From an uncultured Candidatus Saccharibacteria bacterium (GTDB lineage Bacteria > Patescibacteriota > Minisyncoccia > Phycocordibacterales > Zambryskibacteraceae), in assembly GCA_964383705.1 (NCBI GenBank), contig CAYLHJ010000002.1, positions 1,635-65,634 of the forward strand: a stretch of DNA of 64,000 nt, written 5' to 3'. A program made the translations under genes and the position numbers. The notes beneath the pieces were generated by a model, which was given only the letters and a program-made list of their open reading frames with translations, did no database searches and had not been told where the DNA came from. Shown piece after piece: positions 1-10,103 of the stretch. Every line of letters begins with the position of its first letter. The stretch's first letter is position 1.

Positions 1-105
1 GCCGTATTTTGCAATAATTCTACGAAATGAAGCGTCCGTGACGTCTGCCATCGGAGCCAAGATAAAAATTGGTTTATTTAATTTCTCCCAGAAACCATTA
101 TTCAT
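1..105 (-). CDS. dus: tRNA-dihydrouridine synthase (Dus family), 5' part; runs off the window start
   Basis: Manual translation from ATG at 105 gives MNNGFWEKLNKPIFILAPMADVTDASFRRIIAKYG; LAPMAxVTD..FR is the Dus N-terminal motif. Not in the ORF track. Confidence 0.85.
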   Translation of the reverse strand, partial: MNNGFWEKLNKPIFILAPMADVTDASFRRIIAKYG

Positions 106-152
106 ATGTCTTGCACCATATCACGCACGAAGTATGGTGACAATAAAAGTCA

Positions 153-2528
153 CTACGAATATAATTGCGACTTATCAAAAGCAATGTGAGAACCTGGTCG
201 TAAATTTCCTGAAATTATTCTGTCAGCAATTATTTTTTCAACTTTATCTTGTATTGCGCGATTCAATGGTCGTGCTCCAAATTTAGGATCACTCCCTTTT
301 TCTACAAGATAGTTAAGCAAGGTGTCATTTACCTCCAGCGTAACTCCTCTCTCTCGGAGTCGCCATTCAAGTTTTTTTAGAAGCATTTTTGCAATCTCTT
401 TAAGGTTGGCTGGGGAGAGCGGATGGAATAAAATGACGCCATCAAAGCGGTTCAGAAGTTCTGGACGAAAAACACCGTCACTTACAATCGAATTTATAAT
501 AAAATCTTTACTCTCCAAAAGGTCTTCCCCCTTCCCAACTGCATCAAAGATGAATTGGCTACCAGCATTTGAAGTTGCAATGATGATTAAATTCCTAGCA
601 CTAATTTTTTTACCTCGAGAATCCGAAAACACCCCCTCGTCAAGAATCTGGAGAAAAAGGTCTAGAACTCTCTTTTCTGTTTTTTCAAATTCATCAAGAA
701 GAAGAACTCCGTAAGGATTTTCTCGAATTAAAGAAACCAGAACACCCTGTTGATCTTGCCCGAAACCGCCTATCAAACGATTCAAAGCATCTGGAGTATT
801 GTATTCGGACATATCGAGACGGAGGATTTTTGCTTCTTTACCAAAAAATATTTCCGCAAGAGCTTTTGTTGTTTCAGTTTTACCAACTCCAGTAGGCCCC
901 AAAAAAAGAAATGAGCCGATTGGTCTATTCGGATTATTTATTCCGGACCGCGCACGACGAAGAGCGTCACTAATGAGTGAGACCGCCTCGTCTTGTCCAA
1001 CAATGCGTTGGTGTAAAAACTCTTCAAGTCGCGTTAGCGTATTTCTTTCCGTATCAGTTATTTCTCCAGTAGGAATTCCTGTTTTTGTTTTAACTAATGA
1101 TTCAATATCTTTATCCATTACTGTCGTTCTGCCAACCGATCTAGCTTCTGCCACAGCACCAATCAATAAGTCACTTGCCGTATCATAAAGCGGTGATCCG
1201 ACAAAATAGCGTGACGCACTTTGAACCGCCTCTTTAACAGCGCCGTATGTAAAAAAGATTCCTTCTTTCTCCTCCAAAACAATAACTTCTTCCATCAAGA
1301 CATCAGAGACCCGACCCTCATCTCCGTCCTCTATAATGATAGTTTCAAAATATTCCATGAGCTTTTGATCGCGCTCAAGGTGATTATGAAATCCTTCCCC
1401 ATCACTTACTGCAATAATGTGAATATCAGGTGAAACGAGAAACTCTGACATGATTGCAACAGCATCACTTTGTAGTGTTTCAGCCCCATATAAAAGACCC
1501 GGAAGATCTGGAATGACAAGAATAATATTGCCCGACTTGATAACTTCTCTAAGAATCTTTAGAAATAAGCGCTCAAACGAAGTCCCGTCTGAGACTGAGG
1601 AAAGTAAAGTCTGCACGGCAAGCACAAGAAATTTCTTATCATGGAGTGATTCATTGGTTTTTTTGTGAATTATTTTTTGGGCTAGACCCTTTATTATTTC
1701 CATCTTTCCACCACCATCTTCACCAATGACCAAAGCGTTAGCTTCTGATGATTTAGAAAGTACGGTTTCTAGTGTTTTGATTTCATTGGCGTAAAGATCT
1801 TTCCCTTGTTCAAGCGATAAATCTAATGAGCTACTAAATTTAAGAAGTGCATAAGCATTACCATATGCCCAATCTCTGCCTATTGGAGATAATCGATTAA
1901 GACGCGCCCTTGACCACCATCGCTCCTTTTGAATTAAATTTTTTTCTAAATCTGAAACCCAGCGAAAAGTATTCCAAAAAGTTTCTGGAGTAACTCCATG
2001 AGCACTGAGAAAGGTTTGAAATTCTTTTTCACCAGATATTAATCCTGAAATAAATGATTCAGCCTTTGATGATTTTTGTGAGAAAACAAAATCTGAAGGT
2101 TTAACCGTTTTCTTTCTACTATCAAGGAATATTTCAATAGAAGCATCGTCAATCCCAAGTCGCATCAAAGTCAAAGCGCCATAATAAGATTCAATGAAAT
2201 TGAGAATTAAATCTTTTCGATTCGAAGAAAAAATAATAGAAGCTAATTCAAATTCGTAAGCACTGTTTCTTTTATCAAAACGATATGAGTAATAAAAAGA
2301 CTCCATTATAAATACAATGAGAAAGGCCGATAAGACAATGAAGAAGAATCCGGACATTGCCCCACTCGCTTGCTCTACAATAATTCCACTTGAGATAACA
2401 AAAGAAATTAATACCAAAAAACCTAATATTTTTATAAACAATCTGCGAGTACTATGAGAAATGCTTTTTTCAAGAAAAAATACTGGTTGCAGATATGAGA
2501 TTTCTTTTTTTAAATCTTCTAAATTCAT
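153..2528 (-). CDS. Membrane-anchored ClpA/ClpB-like AAA+ ATPase
   Basis: Likely start MNLEDLKK (ATG 2528). Two N-terminal hydrophobic helices, degenerate D1 (GEDGGGKME; ILVIPD), intact D2 ([30 protein letters not shown]). Confidence 0.85.
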   Translation of the reverse strand: MNLEDLKKEISYLQPVFFLEKSISHSTRRLFIKILGFLVLISFVISSGIIVEQASGAMSGFFFIVLSAFLIVFIMESFYYSYRFDKRNSAYEFELASIIFSSNRKDLILNFIESYYGALTLMRLGIDDASIEIFLDSRKKTVKPSDFVFSQKSSKAESFISGLISGEKEFQTFLSAHGVTPETFWNTFRWVSDLEKNLIQKERWWSRARLNRLSPIGRDWAYGNAYALLKFSSSLDLSLEQGKDLYANEIKTLETVLSKSSEANALVIGEDGGGKMEIIKGLAQKIIHKKTNESLHDKKFLVLAVQTLLSSVSDGTSFERLFLKILREVIKSGNIILVIPDLPGLLYGAETLQSDAVAIMSEFLVSPDIHIIAVSDGEGFHNHLERDQKLMEYFETIIIEDGDEGRVSDVLMEEVIVLEEKEGIFFTYGAVKEAVQSASRYFVGSPLYDTASDLLIGAVAEARSVGRTTVMDKDIESLVKTKTGIPTGEITDTERNTLTRLEEFLHQRIVGQDEAVSLISDALRRARSGINNPNRPIGSFLFLGPTGVGKTETTKALAEIFFGKEAKILRLDMSEYNTPDALNRLIGGFGQDQQGVLVSLIRENPYGVLLLDEFEKTEKRVLDLFLQILDEGVFSDSRGKKISARNLIIIATSNAGSQFIFDAVGKGEDLLESKDFIINSIVSDGVFRPELLNRFDGVILFHPLSPANLKEIAKMLLKKLEWRLRERGVTLEVNDTLLNYLVEKGSDPKFGARPLNRAIQDKVEKIIADRIISGNLRPGSHIAFDKSQLYS

Positions 2529-2530
2529 AT

Positions 2531-2917
2531 TTATACGATTTGCTTTAATGCGAGAGCAATCAAAAAAGCAAAAACGACAGGAAACAGGAGCCAGAGAAAG
2601 AAAGATAAAATACCGGCGATGAAGATGGCGGTGGTAACAAAAATGCCGAGGATAATAACCGCACCTCGACAAACAAAACCAACCAAACGCATAATGAAAT
2701 TAATAATAGCCGTTTGAAAAAATTCCTTTGGATGAAAGCCTTCCTTATATTCATCTTGAAGCCTTTTCCATGGCGCAAAAAGCGTCCTTAGGAGAAGAGA
2801 AACAGAAAAATATGTAAACGAGGCTTCAATAAAAATAAGCCAATTAGAGTAGAAATCTTTTAAAGCCCTGCCATAGTGCCATCGAATGTAATACGGCAAG
2901 AACAAAAGCAAATGCAT
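2531..2917 (-). CDS. Hypothetical membrane protein, closely coupled to the Clp-like ATPase
   Basis: 128 aa, hydrophobic, motif LLRTLFAPWKR; ends 2 nt before the ATPase start. Confidence 0.7.
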   Translation of the reverse strand: MHLLLFLPYYIRWHYGRALKDFYSNWLIFIEASFTYFSVSLLLRTLFAPWKRLQDEYKEGFHPKEFFQTAIINFIMRLVGFVCRGAVIILGIFVTTAIFIAGILSFFLWLLFPVVFAFLIALALKQIV

Positions 2918-2934
2918 GTATTAATTATACCTCA

Positions 2935-3744
2935 CTACTCTTGCTTTTTTAAGATAACCTTATTCCCATATTGCAAATCTATTGATTTAACTGTAAGCCC
3001 ACCGTCGTGGAGAACATCTAACTTAGGATCAGATAGAACTGACTCTAGGTTAGATACAACCTTTTCTGGATCATCACGGAGAGAAAAGAATATAACCCCA
3101 GTAGAAAGCTTCAATTCATATGTCTCTCCGACCACATGATTTAAACTTTCAAGGTTAAGGCCGAGAGAGCGAAACCCTGACAAAAATCTATTCATTAAAT
3201 CAAATTCTTTTTGTGGTAAATAATAATCGCCGAGCGGAGAATCATCTAATCTGCCGATATATACGAAATAAACGTTCGGAGAAAATGTTGGCGATTTATC
3301 AAAAACAAAACCTCGGCTATCTAAGAAATAACAGTCAGAGAAAGTGTCGTCTTTGCACCAAAGTGATTGGGGATTGCGCTCGGTGATTGAAATTTGGATT
3401 GATTTTAAAGAAGAAAGTTTAATTTTTACATCATCCACACGCGGAAAATTTAAGGCAATTTCTTTTTGGATTGTTTTTTTGGGATAAAGTAAAGTATTTG
3501 ATTTTGGAAATAAGAAAAAATAATTTCCGGTCAGATGTCTTTTTGAAAGCTCGATAATCTCATCAGACCTCACCACAGAGCTCCCCAAAACTTTAATTGA
3601 AGAAATCGTCACAAAATCAGCTCTAGATAAAAAAACCGGGCCAGCAATAACAAAAATAACTATCGATAAAAAAAATACTGAACGAAAAATAATTTTCTTG
3701 CGGCGCTTTTTTATAAGGTTCGGCGAACGCAAAGAGCGAGGCAT
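2935..3744 (-). CDS. ftsQ: FtsQ/DivIB-like cell division protein
   Basis: Basic N-terminus + TM, POTRA-like region, ITER.P motif, C-terminal IDLQYGNKV (IDLR-like). Confidence 0.65.
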   Translation of the reverse strand: MPRSLRSPNLIKKRRKKIIFRSVFFLSIVIFVIAGPVFLSRADFVTISSIKVLGSSVVRSDEIIELSKRHLTGNYFFLFPKSNTLLYPKKTIQKEIALNFPRVDDVKIKLSSLKSIQISITERNPQSLWCKDDTFSDCYFLDSRGFVFDKSPTFSPNVYFVYIGRLDDSPLGDYYLPQKEFDLMNRFLSGFRSLGLNLESLNHVVGETYELKLSTGVIFFSLRDDPEKVVSNLESVLSDPKLDVLHDGGLTVKSIDLQYGNKVILKKQE

Positions 3745-3756
3745 AATTTCTATTTA

Positions 3757-5025
3757 TTATCTCCCCAAGACCTCCCTGCCATTCAGATATTTTTGCAATA
3801 CTTGAGGGATGTGGACTAGACCATCTCTGTCTTGGTAATTTTCAACCAAAGAAACAAGAATGCGAGGCGTTGGGGCGGCTGTGCAATTTAAGGAATGAGC
3901 ATATTTTACTTTTCCATCTACATCTTTATAACGAATATTAAGTCTCCTTGTTTGAAAATCATGAAAATATGAAGCCGAGCTGATCTCACGATAAGCATTC
4001 TCAAGAGGAACCCAAAGTTCTATATCATATTTTTTTACCTGACCAAGACCAAGATCAGCCCCGCAATTTATAACTGTTCGATATGGGATACCAAGACTTT
4101 CAATAAATTCCTCGGTATTTCTATTTAATTCTTCATGAAAATTAACTGACATTTCATGATTTGCCTCACACAATATAACTTGTTCAACTTTGTAAAATTC
4201 ATGGACTCTAATAAGGCCCTTAACATCCTTACTATAACTTCCGGCTTCTCTTCTAAAGCAGGGAGAAAAAGAAAGAAACTTCTTAGGCAAATCAGAAATG
4301 GGTAGTATTTCATCTGCATGATATCCCATAGTTGCAACTTCTGCCGTGCCTGCTAAGAAATCACCGTCTTGGGTTCTATAAAGATCTTCTTCACCTTGTG
4401 GTAAAAATCCAGTTCCCATAAGATTTTCTCTTCGAACAATCGAAGGAACAATAAATGGAGAAAAACCTCTTTTCAAGAAAAATTCGTAAGCATATTGCCA
4501 AATAGCAAAAGAAAGAAGGGCTCCGTCATTTTTTAAGAAATAACCCCTGAAACCGGCAACTTTCGTCCCCCTATCAAGATCAACCATATCTAGAGATTCC
4601 ATGATCTCAATATGATTTTTTGGTTTAAAATCAAATTTCGGAATTTCTCCCCACCTCTTCACCTCTTTATTGTCTGCATCACTTTCTCCGTCTGGCACAG
4701 AAATATCTGGCACATTTGGAACAGAAACCATAAGCGATTGCCACTCTTTCATTATCTCTTTAAGCTCCGCTTCCTCTTTTTGAAGTTCTTCTTTTAGAAC
4801 TTTCATTTTTTCAATGTATTCTAATTTTAAGGTTGAATTAGTTTCAGAGACAATCAGATTACTGAACTCATTTTGTGTTTTCCTTTTGTCTTCCACCCTC
4901 TGGAGAATATCCTTGCGTTTATCATCTACAGCAATCAAAGAGCGAACATCAAATTTTACATTCTTTTTACGTGCCGCTTCAGCAATAAGATCAGTATTTT
5001 CTCTAATAAATTTAATATCCAACAT
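3757..5025 (-). CDS. serS: Seryl-tRNA synthetase
   Basis: MLDIKFIREN start, coiled-coil arm, GTAE, FRREAGS, GLIRVHEFYKVE, EISSAS. Confidence 0.97.
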   Translation of the reverse strand: MLDIKFIRENTDLIAEAARKKNVKFDVRSLIAVDDKRKDILQRVEDKRKTQNEFSNLIVSETNSTLKLEYIEKMKVLKEELQKEEAELKEIMKEWQSLMVSVPNVPDISVPDGESDADNKEVKRWGEIPKFDFKPKNHIEIMESLDMVDLDRGTKVAGFRGYFLKNDGALLSFAIWQYAYEFFLKRGFSPFIVPSIVRRENLMGTGFLPQGEEDLYRTQDGDFLAGTAEVATMGYHADEILPISDLPKKFLSFSPCFRREAGSYSKDVKGLIRVHEFYKVEQVILCEANHEMSVNFHEELNRNTEEFIESLGIPYRTVINCGADLGLGQVKKYDIELWVPLENAYREISSASYFHDFQTRRLNIRYKDVDGKVKYAHSLNCTAAPTPRILVSLVENYQDRDGLVHIPQVLQKYLNGREVLGR

Positions 5026-5106
5026 AAAATTCAAAATCTGGCATATAGCCCTTAGTATTAAGCTTTTATACAATATATAGTAGCAGAAAATAGAAAATCA
5101 TTAAAA

Positions 5107-5970
5107 ATGACCTATTTAATTCGTAGATTAAAACCAGAGGAATTCCCGACACTCCTTAAAGAAATACCAGATAAGCCAGAACAGTTATTTTGTGCTGGCA
5201 ATCTACCAGACACAGAGACAAAGCTTATCTGCGTGGTGGGATCAAGAAAATATACCAACTACGGCAAAGAAGTTTGCGAAGAATTAATTTCTCAACTTAA
5301 AGGCTATCCAATTTCAATTGTGTCAGGGCTCGCTTTGGGGATTGACTCCATAGCCCACAAAAGCGCGGTTAGGCACAGCATCCATACGATAGCAATACCC
5401 GGGTCTGGCCTTTCTCCTAAAAATCTATATCCAAGTTCACACAGAAAACTTGCCGAAGAAATCGTGGATTCTGGCGGAGCTCTTCTTTCCGAATTTGAAA
5501 ATGATTTTCAAGCGACAAAATGGAGTTTCCCACAGAGAAACAGAATTATGGCTGGTATTTCCAATGCAACACTTGTTATCGAAGCAGAAGCAAAATCTGG
5601 GACACTCATTACCTCCCGTCTAGCAACGGAATATAACCGTGATGTTCTAACGGTTCCTGGCTCTATTTATTCTAAAAACTCAGAAGGACCTCATATGCTT
5701 ATAAAACTTGGAGCTACTCCTGTTACATCTGGAGACGATATATTAGAGGCCTTAGGTCTTAAAAAAGAAGAAAAACCATCAAGAATTAATTATGAAGAGT
5801 TATCTCAAGAAGAAAGAGAAATAGTGGCGCTACTAAAAACTCCAATTGAAAAAGATGAATTGATACGCAGGGCTGGAATTCCAACTTTTCAAATAAATGC
5901 AATTTTAACTGCTATGGAAATAAAAGGAATCATTGCTGAATCAATGGGAGAAATAAGACTCATAAAATGA
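5107..5970 (+). CDS. dprA: DNA-processing protein DprA
   Basis: VVGSRK, IVSGLALGIDSIAH, FPQRNRIMAG, SGTLIT; C-terminal winged helix; upstream of topA. Confidence 0.95.
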   Translation: MTYLIRRLKPEEFPTLLKEIPDKPEQLFCAGNLPDTETKLICVVGSRKYTNYGKEVCEELISQLKGYPISIVSGLALGIDSIAHKSAVRHSIHTIAIPGSGLSPKNLYPSSHRKLAEEIVDSGGALLSEFENDFQATKWSFPQRNRIMAGISNATLVIEAEAKSGTLITSRLATEYNRDVLTVPGSIYSKNSEGPHMLIKLGATPVTSGDDILEALGLKKEEKPSRINYEELSQEEREIVALLKTPIEKDELIRRAGIPTFQINAILTAMEIKGIIAESMGEIRLIK

Positions 5971-6040
5971 TTCTCTAATATCACCTAAACAGAGGGTAAT
6001 ATTTGCATTCAAAAAATATTTGTAGTACTAATAAGCGCTA

Positions 6041-8230
6041 ATGAAACTATTAATTGTCGAGTCTCCGGCAAAAGCAAAAACAATTTCAAAATATTTAGAT
6101 GGCGAATACGAAGTAGTCGCAAGTGTTGGACATGTCCGAGATTTACCCAAAAATAATAAAAAAGCCATCGATATTGATGGTGGGTTTACTCCTCGCTACG
6201 AAATAAGTAAAGGAAAAGAAAAAGTTATATCACAAATAAAAAAACTTGCAGCCGCATCTGATGAAGTGGTATTGGCAACCGACCCAGATCGCGAAGGTGA
6301 AGCAATAGCTTGGCATATTGCCCAAAGCGTTGGCCTTAAACACCCAAAAAGAGTTGTTTTTTATGAAATTACAAAAGATGCGGTTACAGAAGCAATAAAA
6401 CACCCTCGAGACATTGATGACAATTTAAAGACGGCCCAAGAAGCTCGCCGAGTTTTAGATCGCCTAGTTGGTTACGATCTGTCTGGTTTGATTTGGAAAA
6501 AAGTTCGCTATGGGCTTTCTGCTGGCCGAGTACAATCCCCCGCCCTTCGTATCATTATGGAACGCGAGAGAGAAATTCGCGCCTTTAAACCAGAAATATT
6601 TTGGACACTGTCTGGATTATTTGAAACTAATGATAAAAATCGCCTCACATTTACCTGCGAATCCGAACCTCATGACAAAAAAGAAGTTGATAGGATTGTG
6701 GCAATAGCAAATAAGGAAGATTGGGAAGTCAAAGACATTAGAGAAACTGAAGTTAAGCGAGCCCCTCGCGCGCCATTCATAACTTCCACGCTTCAACAAG
6801 CGGCAAGTTCTCGTCTCGGATTTTCACCCTCAAGAACAATGTCTATTGCCCAAAAACTTTACGAAGCTGGTCTCATTACATATATGAGAACAGACAGCAC
6901 AAACTTAAGTGCCCAGGCAAAAAAACAAATTGCCGATATTATAAAAAATAAATTTGGCAATGATTTACACGAATCACGTTTCTACGGGGAAAAAAGTAAA
7001 AATGCTCAAGAGGCACACGAAGCAGTAAGACCGTCTGATATAAGAAAAGAAAATGCCGGCCATACCGACGAACAAAAGAAACTCTATAACCTAATTTGGC
7101 AAAGAACCGTGGCTTCACAGATGAAAGATGCGAAAATGCTTCGCACCAAAATTGTCGCAAATGTGATAAATGGGTCTATCCCTGATTTCTCATTAAATGG
7201 GTCACGAATTCTTTTTGATGGCTGGCTTCTTGCTGACCCAAGAGCAAAACAAGATGATGTTGAGGTTCCAAAGATTGCAAAAGGCGCAAAATTGAAATTA
7301 ATTTCAATGAATACTGAGCAAAAGGAAACAACCCCTCCACCACGATATTCAGAAGCCGGACTAGTTAAAGAAATGGAAAAGCGCGGTATCGGCAGACCAT
7401 CAACATACGCTTCAATTATCAAGACCATTGTTGACCGAGGATACGTGGTTAAAGAACAACGTTCACTCATTCCAACCGACACCGGTGATGTTGTTAGTTC
7501 TTTCTTGGAAGACAACTTTACCGAATACATTAGTGACTCATTTACAGCAGAAATGGAAGACAAGCTTGATGACATTGCCTCTGGAAAACGCGAGTATGTA
7601 AAAACATTAAAAGATTTCTACAAACCATTTTTGAAAGATGTAAAATCAAAAGAAAAAACAGAAAAAATCACCAACCTCGGGAAAGCAGACGATAAGTGGA
7701 AGTGCCCAAAATGTAGTGGCAATATGATTATAAAACTCGGCCGGTCGGGCAAATTCCTTTCTTGTGAAAAATTCCCAGATTGTGTTGGGGCCCGAACTAT
7801 TGATGGTGCCGAACTTGAAGGACCGAAAGATACTGGTGAATTATGCCCTGAGTGCGGAAAAGCAAATCTAGTAGAAAGAGATGGAAAATTTGGAAGATTT
7901 ATAGCATGTACCAGATACCCCAAGTGTAAATTTGTAAAAGAAGATCCAGAAGCAAAGAAAAAACTCCTGACTGGTGTAAAGTGTCCAGACTGTAAAGACG
8001 GAGAGTTAATGGAAAGGCGTGGGAGATTTGGAATTTTTTACAGCTGCAGTAATTATCCAAAATGTAAAAATGCTATAAAAGCAAAACCAACAGGAAATAT
8101 CTGCAAACACCAAAGAGATTGGGGGCCTTGCGGAAAACTCATGATGGAAGGAACTAAGACGATACCAGAAAGATGTTCCGATAAAAACTGTCCGAACCAT
8201 AACCCACATAAACTAAAACAGATATCTTGA
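6041..8230 (+). CDS. topA: DNA topoisomerase I
   Basis: IVESPAKAKTI, ATDPDREGEAI, SAGRVQS, LITYMRTDS, C-terminal zinc-ribbon repeats. Confidence 0.97.
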   Translation: MKLLIVESPAKAKTISKYLDGEYEVVASVGHVRDLPKNNKKAIDIDGGFTPRYEISKGKEKVISQIKKLAAASDEVVLATDPDREGEAIAWHIAQSVGLKHPKRVVFYEITKDAVTEAIKHPRDIDDNLKTAQEARRVLDRLVGYDLSGLIWKKVRYGLSAGRVQSPALRIIMEREREIRAFKPEIFWTLSGLFETNDKNRLTFTCESEPHDKKEVDRIVAIANKEDWEVKDIRETEVKRAPRAPFITSTLQQAASSRLGFSPSRTMSIAQKLYEAGLITYMRTDSTNLSAQAKKQIADIIKNKFGNDLHESRFYGEKSKNAQEAHEAVRPSDIRKENAGHTDEQKKLYNLIWQRTVASQMKDAKMLRTKIVANVINGSIPDFSLNGSRILFDGWLLADPRAKQDDVEVPKIAKGAKLKLISMNTEQKETTPPPRYSEAGLVKEMEKRGIGRPSTYASIIKTIVDRGYVVKEQRSLIPTDTGDVVSSFLEDNFTEYISDSFTAEMEDKLDDIASGKREYVKTLKDFYKPFLKDVKSKEKTEKITNLGKADDKWKCPKCSGNMIIKLGRSGKFLSCEKFPDCVGARTIDGAELEGPKDTGELCPECGKANLVERDGKFGRFIACTRYPKCKFVKEDPEAKKKLLTGVKCPDCKDGELMERRGRFGIFYSCSNYPKCKNAIKAKPTGNICKHQRDWGPCGKLMMEGTKTIPERCSDKNCPNHNPHKLKQIS

Positions 8231-8287
8231 TTTATACTAAAATCTGTGTTTGAATGGTTAGAGAAAAATCCACACACGGAGCAAATC

Positions 8288-8509
8288 ATGGATCAAAACG
8301 AGATCCGAGAGAGAGTAACAAAGCTAAACCAGGAACGAGTGGCGGCTGAAGAAGTGATAATCCGGGTAACAGCAGAACTTCAAGGAATTCGAAATATCTG
8401 CAAACATCCGGGGGTACCTCAGCATTCTGCTTCAAGGACGATTTCTCCAATGGCCTGCCCCGACTGTCTTCACCCAGTGTTTCTATCAACGGCCGGACGT
8501 GTTGGTTAA
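8288..8509 (+). CDS. Small hypothetical protein (coiled coil + CKH...CPDC putative metal site)
   Basis: GGAG 6 nt upstream of ATG 8288; MDQNEIRERV...; followed by its own terminator. Confidence 0.55.
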   Translation: MDQNEIRERVTKLNQERVAAEEVIIRVTAELQGIRNICKHPGVPQHSASRTISPMACPDCLHPVFLSTAGRVG

Positions 8510-8519
8510 TGGCACCAGA

Positions 8520-8560
8520 GAACCCCGAGCACAAAGCTGTTCGGGGTTTTGCTTTTTTGT
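8520..8560 (+). terminator. Intrinsic terminator
   Basis: AACCCCGAGCA...TGTTCGGGGTT hairpin followed by a T-rich tract. Confidence 0.75.
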
Positions 8561-8582
8561 TTGGAAAAAGTAGACTTTCATT

Positions 8583-10103
8583 ATGTTTGAAGTAAAGCAA
8601 ATATTTGAATTAATGGAGTCCCCTAGTACCGAAGAAAAGGCGCTTATACAGAGCGCTCACAACTTCGCAAAAAATGCACATAAAGATCATTTGAGATATT
8701 CCGGAGAACCATACTTTACTCACCTACATGAGACAGCAAAAATTTTGGCCCAGTATGGCATGCGAGCAACGACCATTGCGGCGGGCCTTCTTCACGACAC
8801 CATAGAAGACGTCGGGATAAAACCAGAAACAATAGAAAAAGAATTTGGGCCTGAAATACTTTTTCTGGTTGATGGAGTGACAAAACTCGGAAGCTTAAGA
8901 TATCGCGGGGCGGACAGGCACAATGAAAGCTTGCGCAAATTATTTGTAGCAATGTCTCAAGACATTCGTGTATTAATGATAAAACTCGCCGACAGATTAC
9001 ATAATATGCGCACACTTTCCCACGCACCGGAAGAAAAAAGGGGTCGCATTGCCCGAGAAACACTAGAAATTTACGCCCCGATAGCATACAGATTGGGTAT
9101 CAGAAAACTTTCTCGCGAACTTGAGGATCTAGCCTTCCCCTTTGTTTACCCAAGAGAATGGAGTGATGTGCAAGGAGTAATAAAACAAAGGCATGATGAA
9201 AATGTTAATAGCTTGGAGAAATTCCTAAAATCAGTCAAAAAGGCGCTGGCTAAAGAAGGCATAACTAATGTCCGCACAGAATATCGCGTTAAAGGACTTT
9301 ATAGTTTGTATAGAAAGATGCAAACAAAGAAAAAACAAGCTGAAGAAATTCATGATGTTTTGGCTCTTCGAATTATTGTTAAAGAACAAAATGATTGCTA
9401 TAAGGTTCTCGGAATCATACACGGAACCTGGCGGCCGCTTCCTGGGAAAATCAAAGATTATATTGCATTTCCAAAACCAAATGGCTACCAAGCCCTTCAT
9501 ACAACCGTATTCACCGGCGATGGAAGCCTTGTTGAAGTTCAAATCAAAACAGAAGAAATGTATAAGCACTCAGAATACGGTATTGCTTCCCATATTTCCT
9601 ATAAAGATGGTAATAAAAAAGAAATACCGCAAAGCCTTGTCTGGATAGAACACTTACTGCCCAAAAAACCTTATGAAATGGAAGATAAAACACAACACAT
9701 AACCACAAAAGATGTCCCACGTTGGATACAAGAGCTAGTGAAACATCAGGCACTAGAAGGAGATCATGAAAAATTTCAAGAAGGCTTAAAAAGCGACTTC
9801 TTTGAGCACCGTATTTTTGTCTTCACGCCTCTTGGGGATGTGGTCGACTTGCCTACCCACTCAACACCGGTTGATTACGCATATTCAATACATTCAGATA
9901 TTGGCGATCACATGTCGGGAGCAAAAGTAAATGGAAAGCTCGTCTCCCTTGATACAGAACTCCATAATGGAGATATTGTAGATATCATAACTAAGCCGAG
10001 CTCAAAACCAAATATAAAATGGCTTGAACATGCTCAGACAACTATGGCGCGCCATCACATTCGTTCAGCAATACAAAAACAAAGAAAAAAAGAAATCAAA
10101 TAG
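8583..10103 (+). CDS. rel: RelA/SpoT family (p)ppGpp synthetase/hydrolase (HD-SYNTH-TGS; no ACT domain)
   Basis: RYSGEPYFTH, LLHDTIED, KLADRLHNMRTL, KDYIAFPKPNGYQALHT, TGS domain. Confidence 0.93.
   Translation: MFEVKQIFELMESPSTEEKALIQSAHNFAKNAHKDHLRYSGEPYFTHLHETAKILAQYGMRATTIAAGLLHDTIEDVGIKPETIEKEFGPEILFLVDGVTKLGSLRYRGADRHNESLRKLFVAMSQDIRVLMIKLADRLHNMRTLSHAPEEKRGRIARETLEIYAPIAYRLGIRKLSRELEDLAFPFVYPREWSDVQGVIKQRHDENVNSLEKFLKSVKKALAKEGITNVRTEYRVKGLYSLYRKMQTKKKQAEEIHDVLALRIIVKEQNDCYKVLGIIHGTWRPLPGKIKDYIAFPKPNGYQALHTTVFTGDGSLVEVQIKTEEMYKHSEYGIASHISYKDGNKKEIPQSLVWIEHLLPKKPYEMEDKTQHITTKDVPRWIQELVKHQALEGDHEKFQEGLKSDFFEHRIFVFTPLGDVVDLPTHSTPVDYAYSIHSDIGDHMSGAKVNGKLVSLDTELHNGDIVDIITKPSSKPNIKWLEHAQTTMARHHIRSAIQKQRKKEIK

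Noticed and set aside
2529-2672. N-terminal extension of the 839-aa Clp-like ORF
   Set aside because: It overlaps the upstream membrane gene in another frame; ATG 2528 is the more plausible start.
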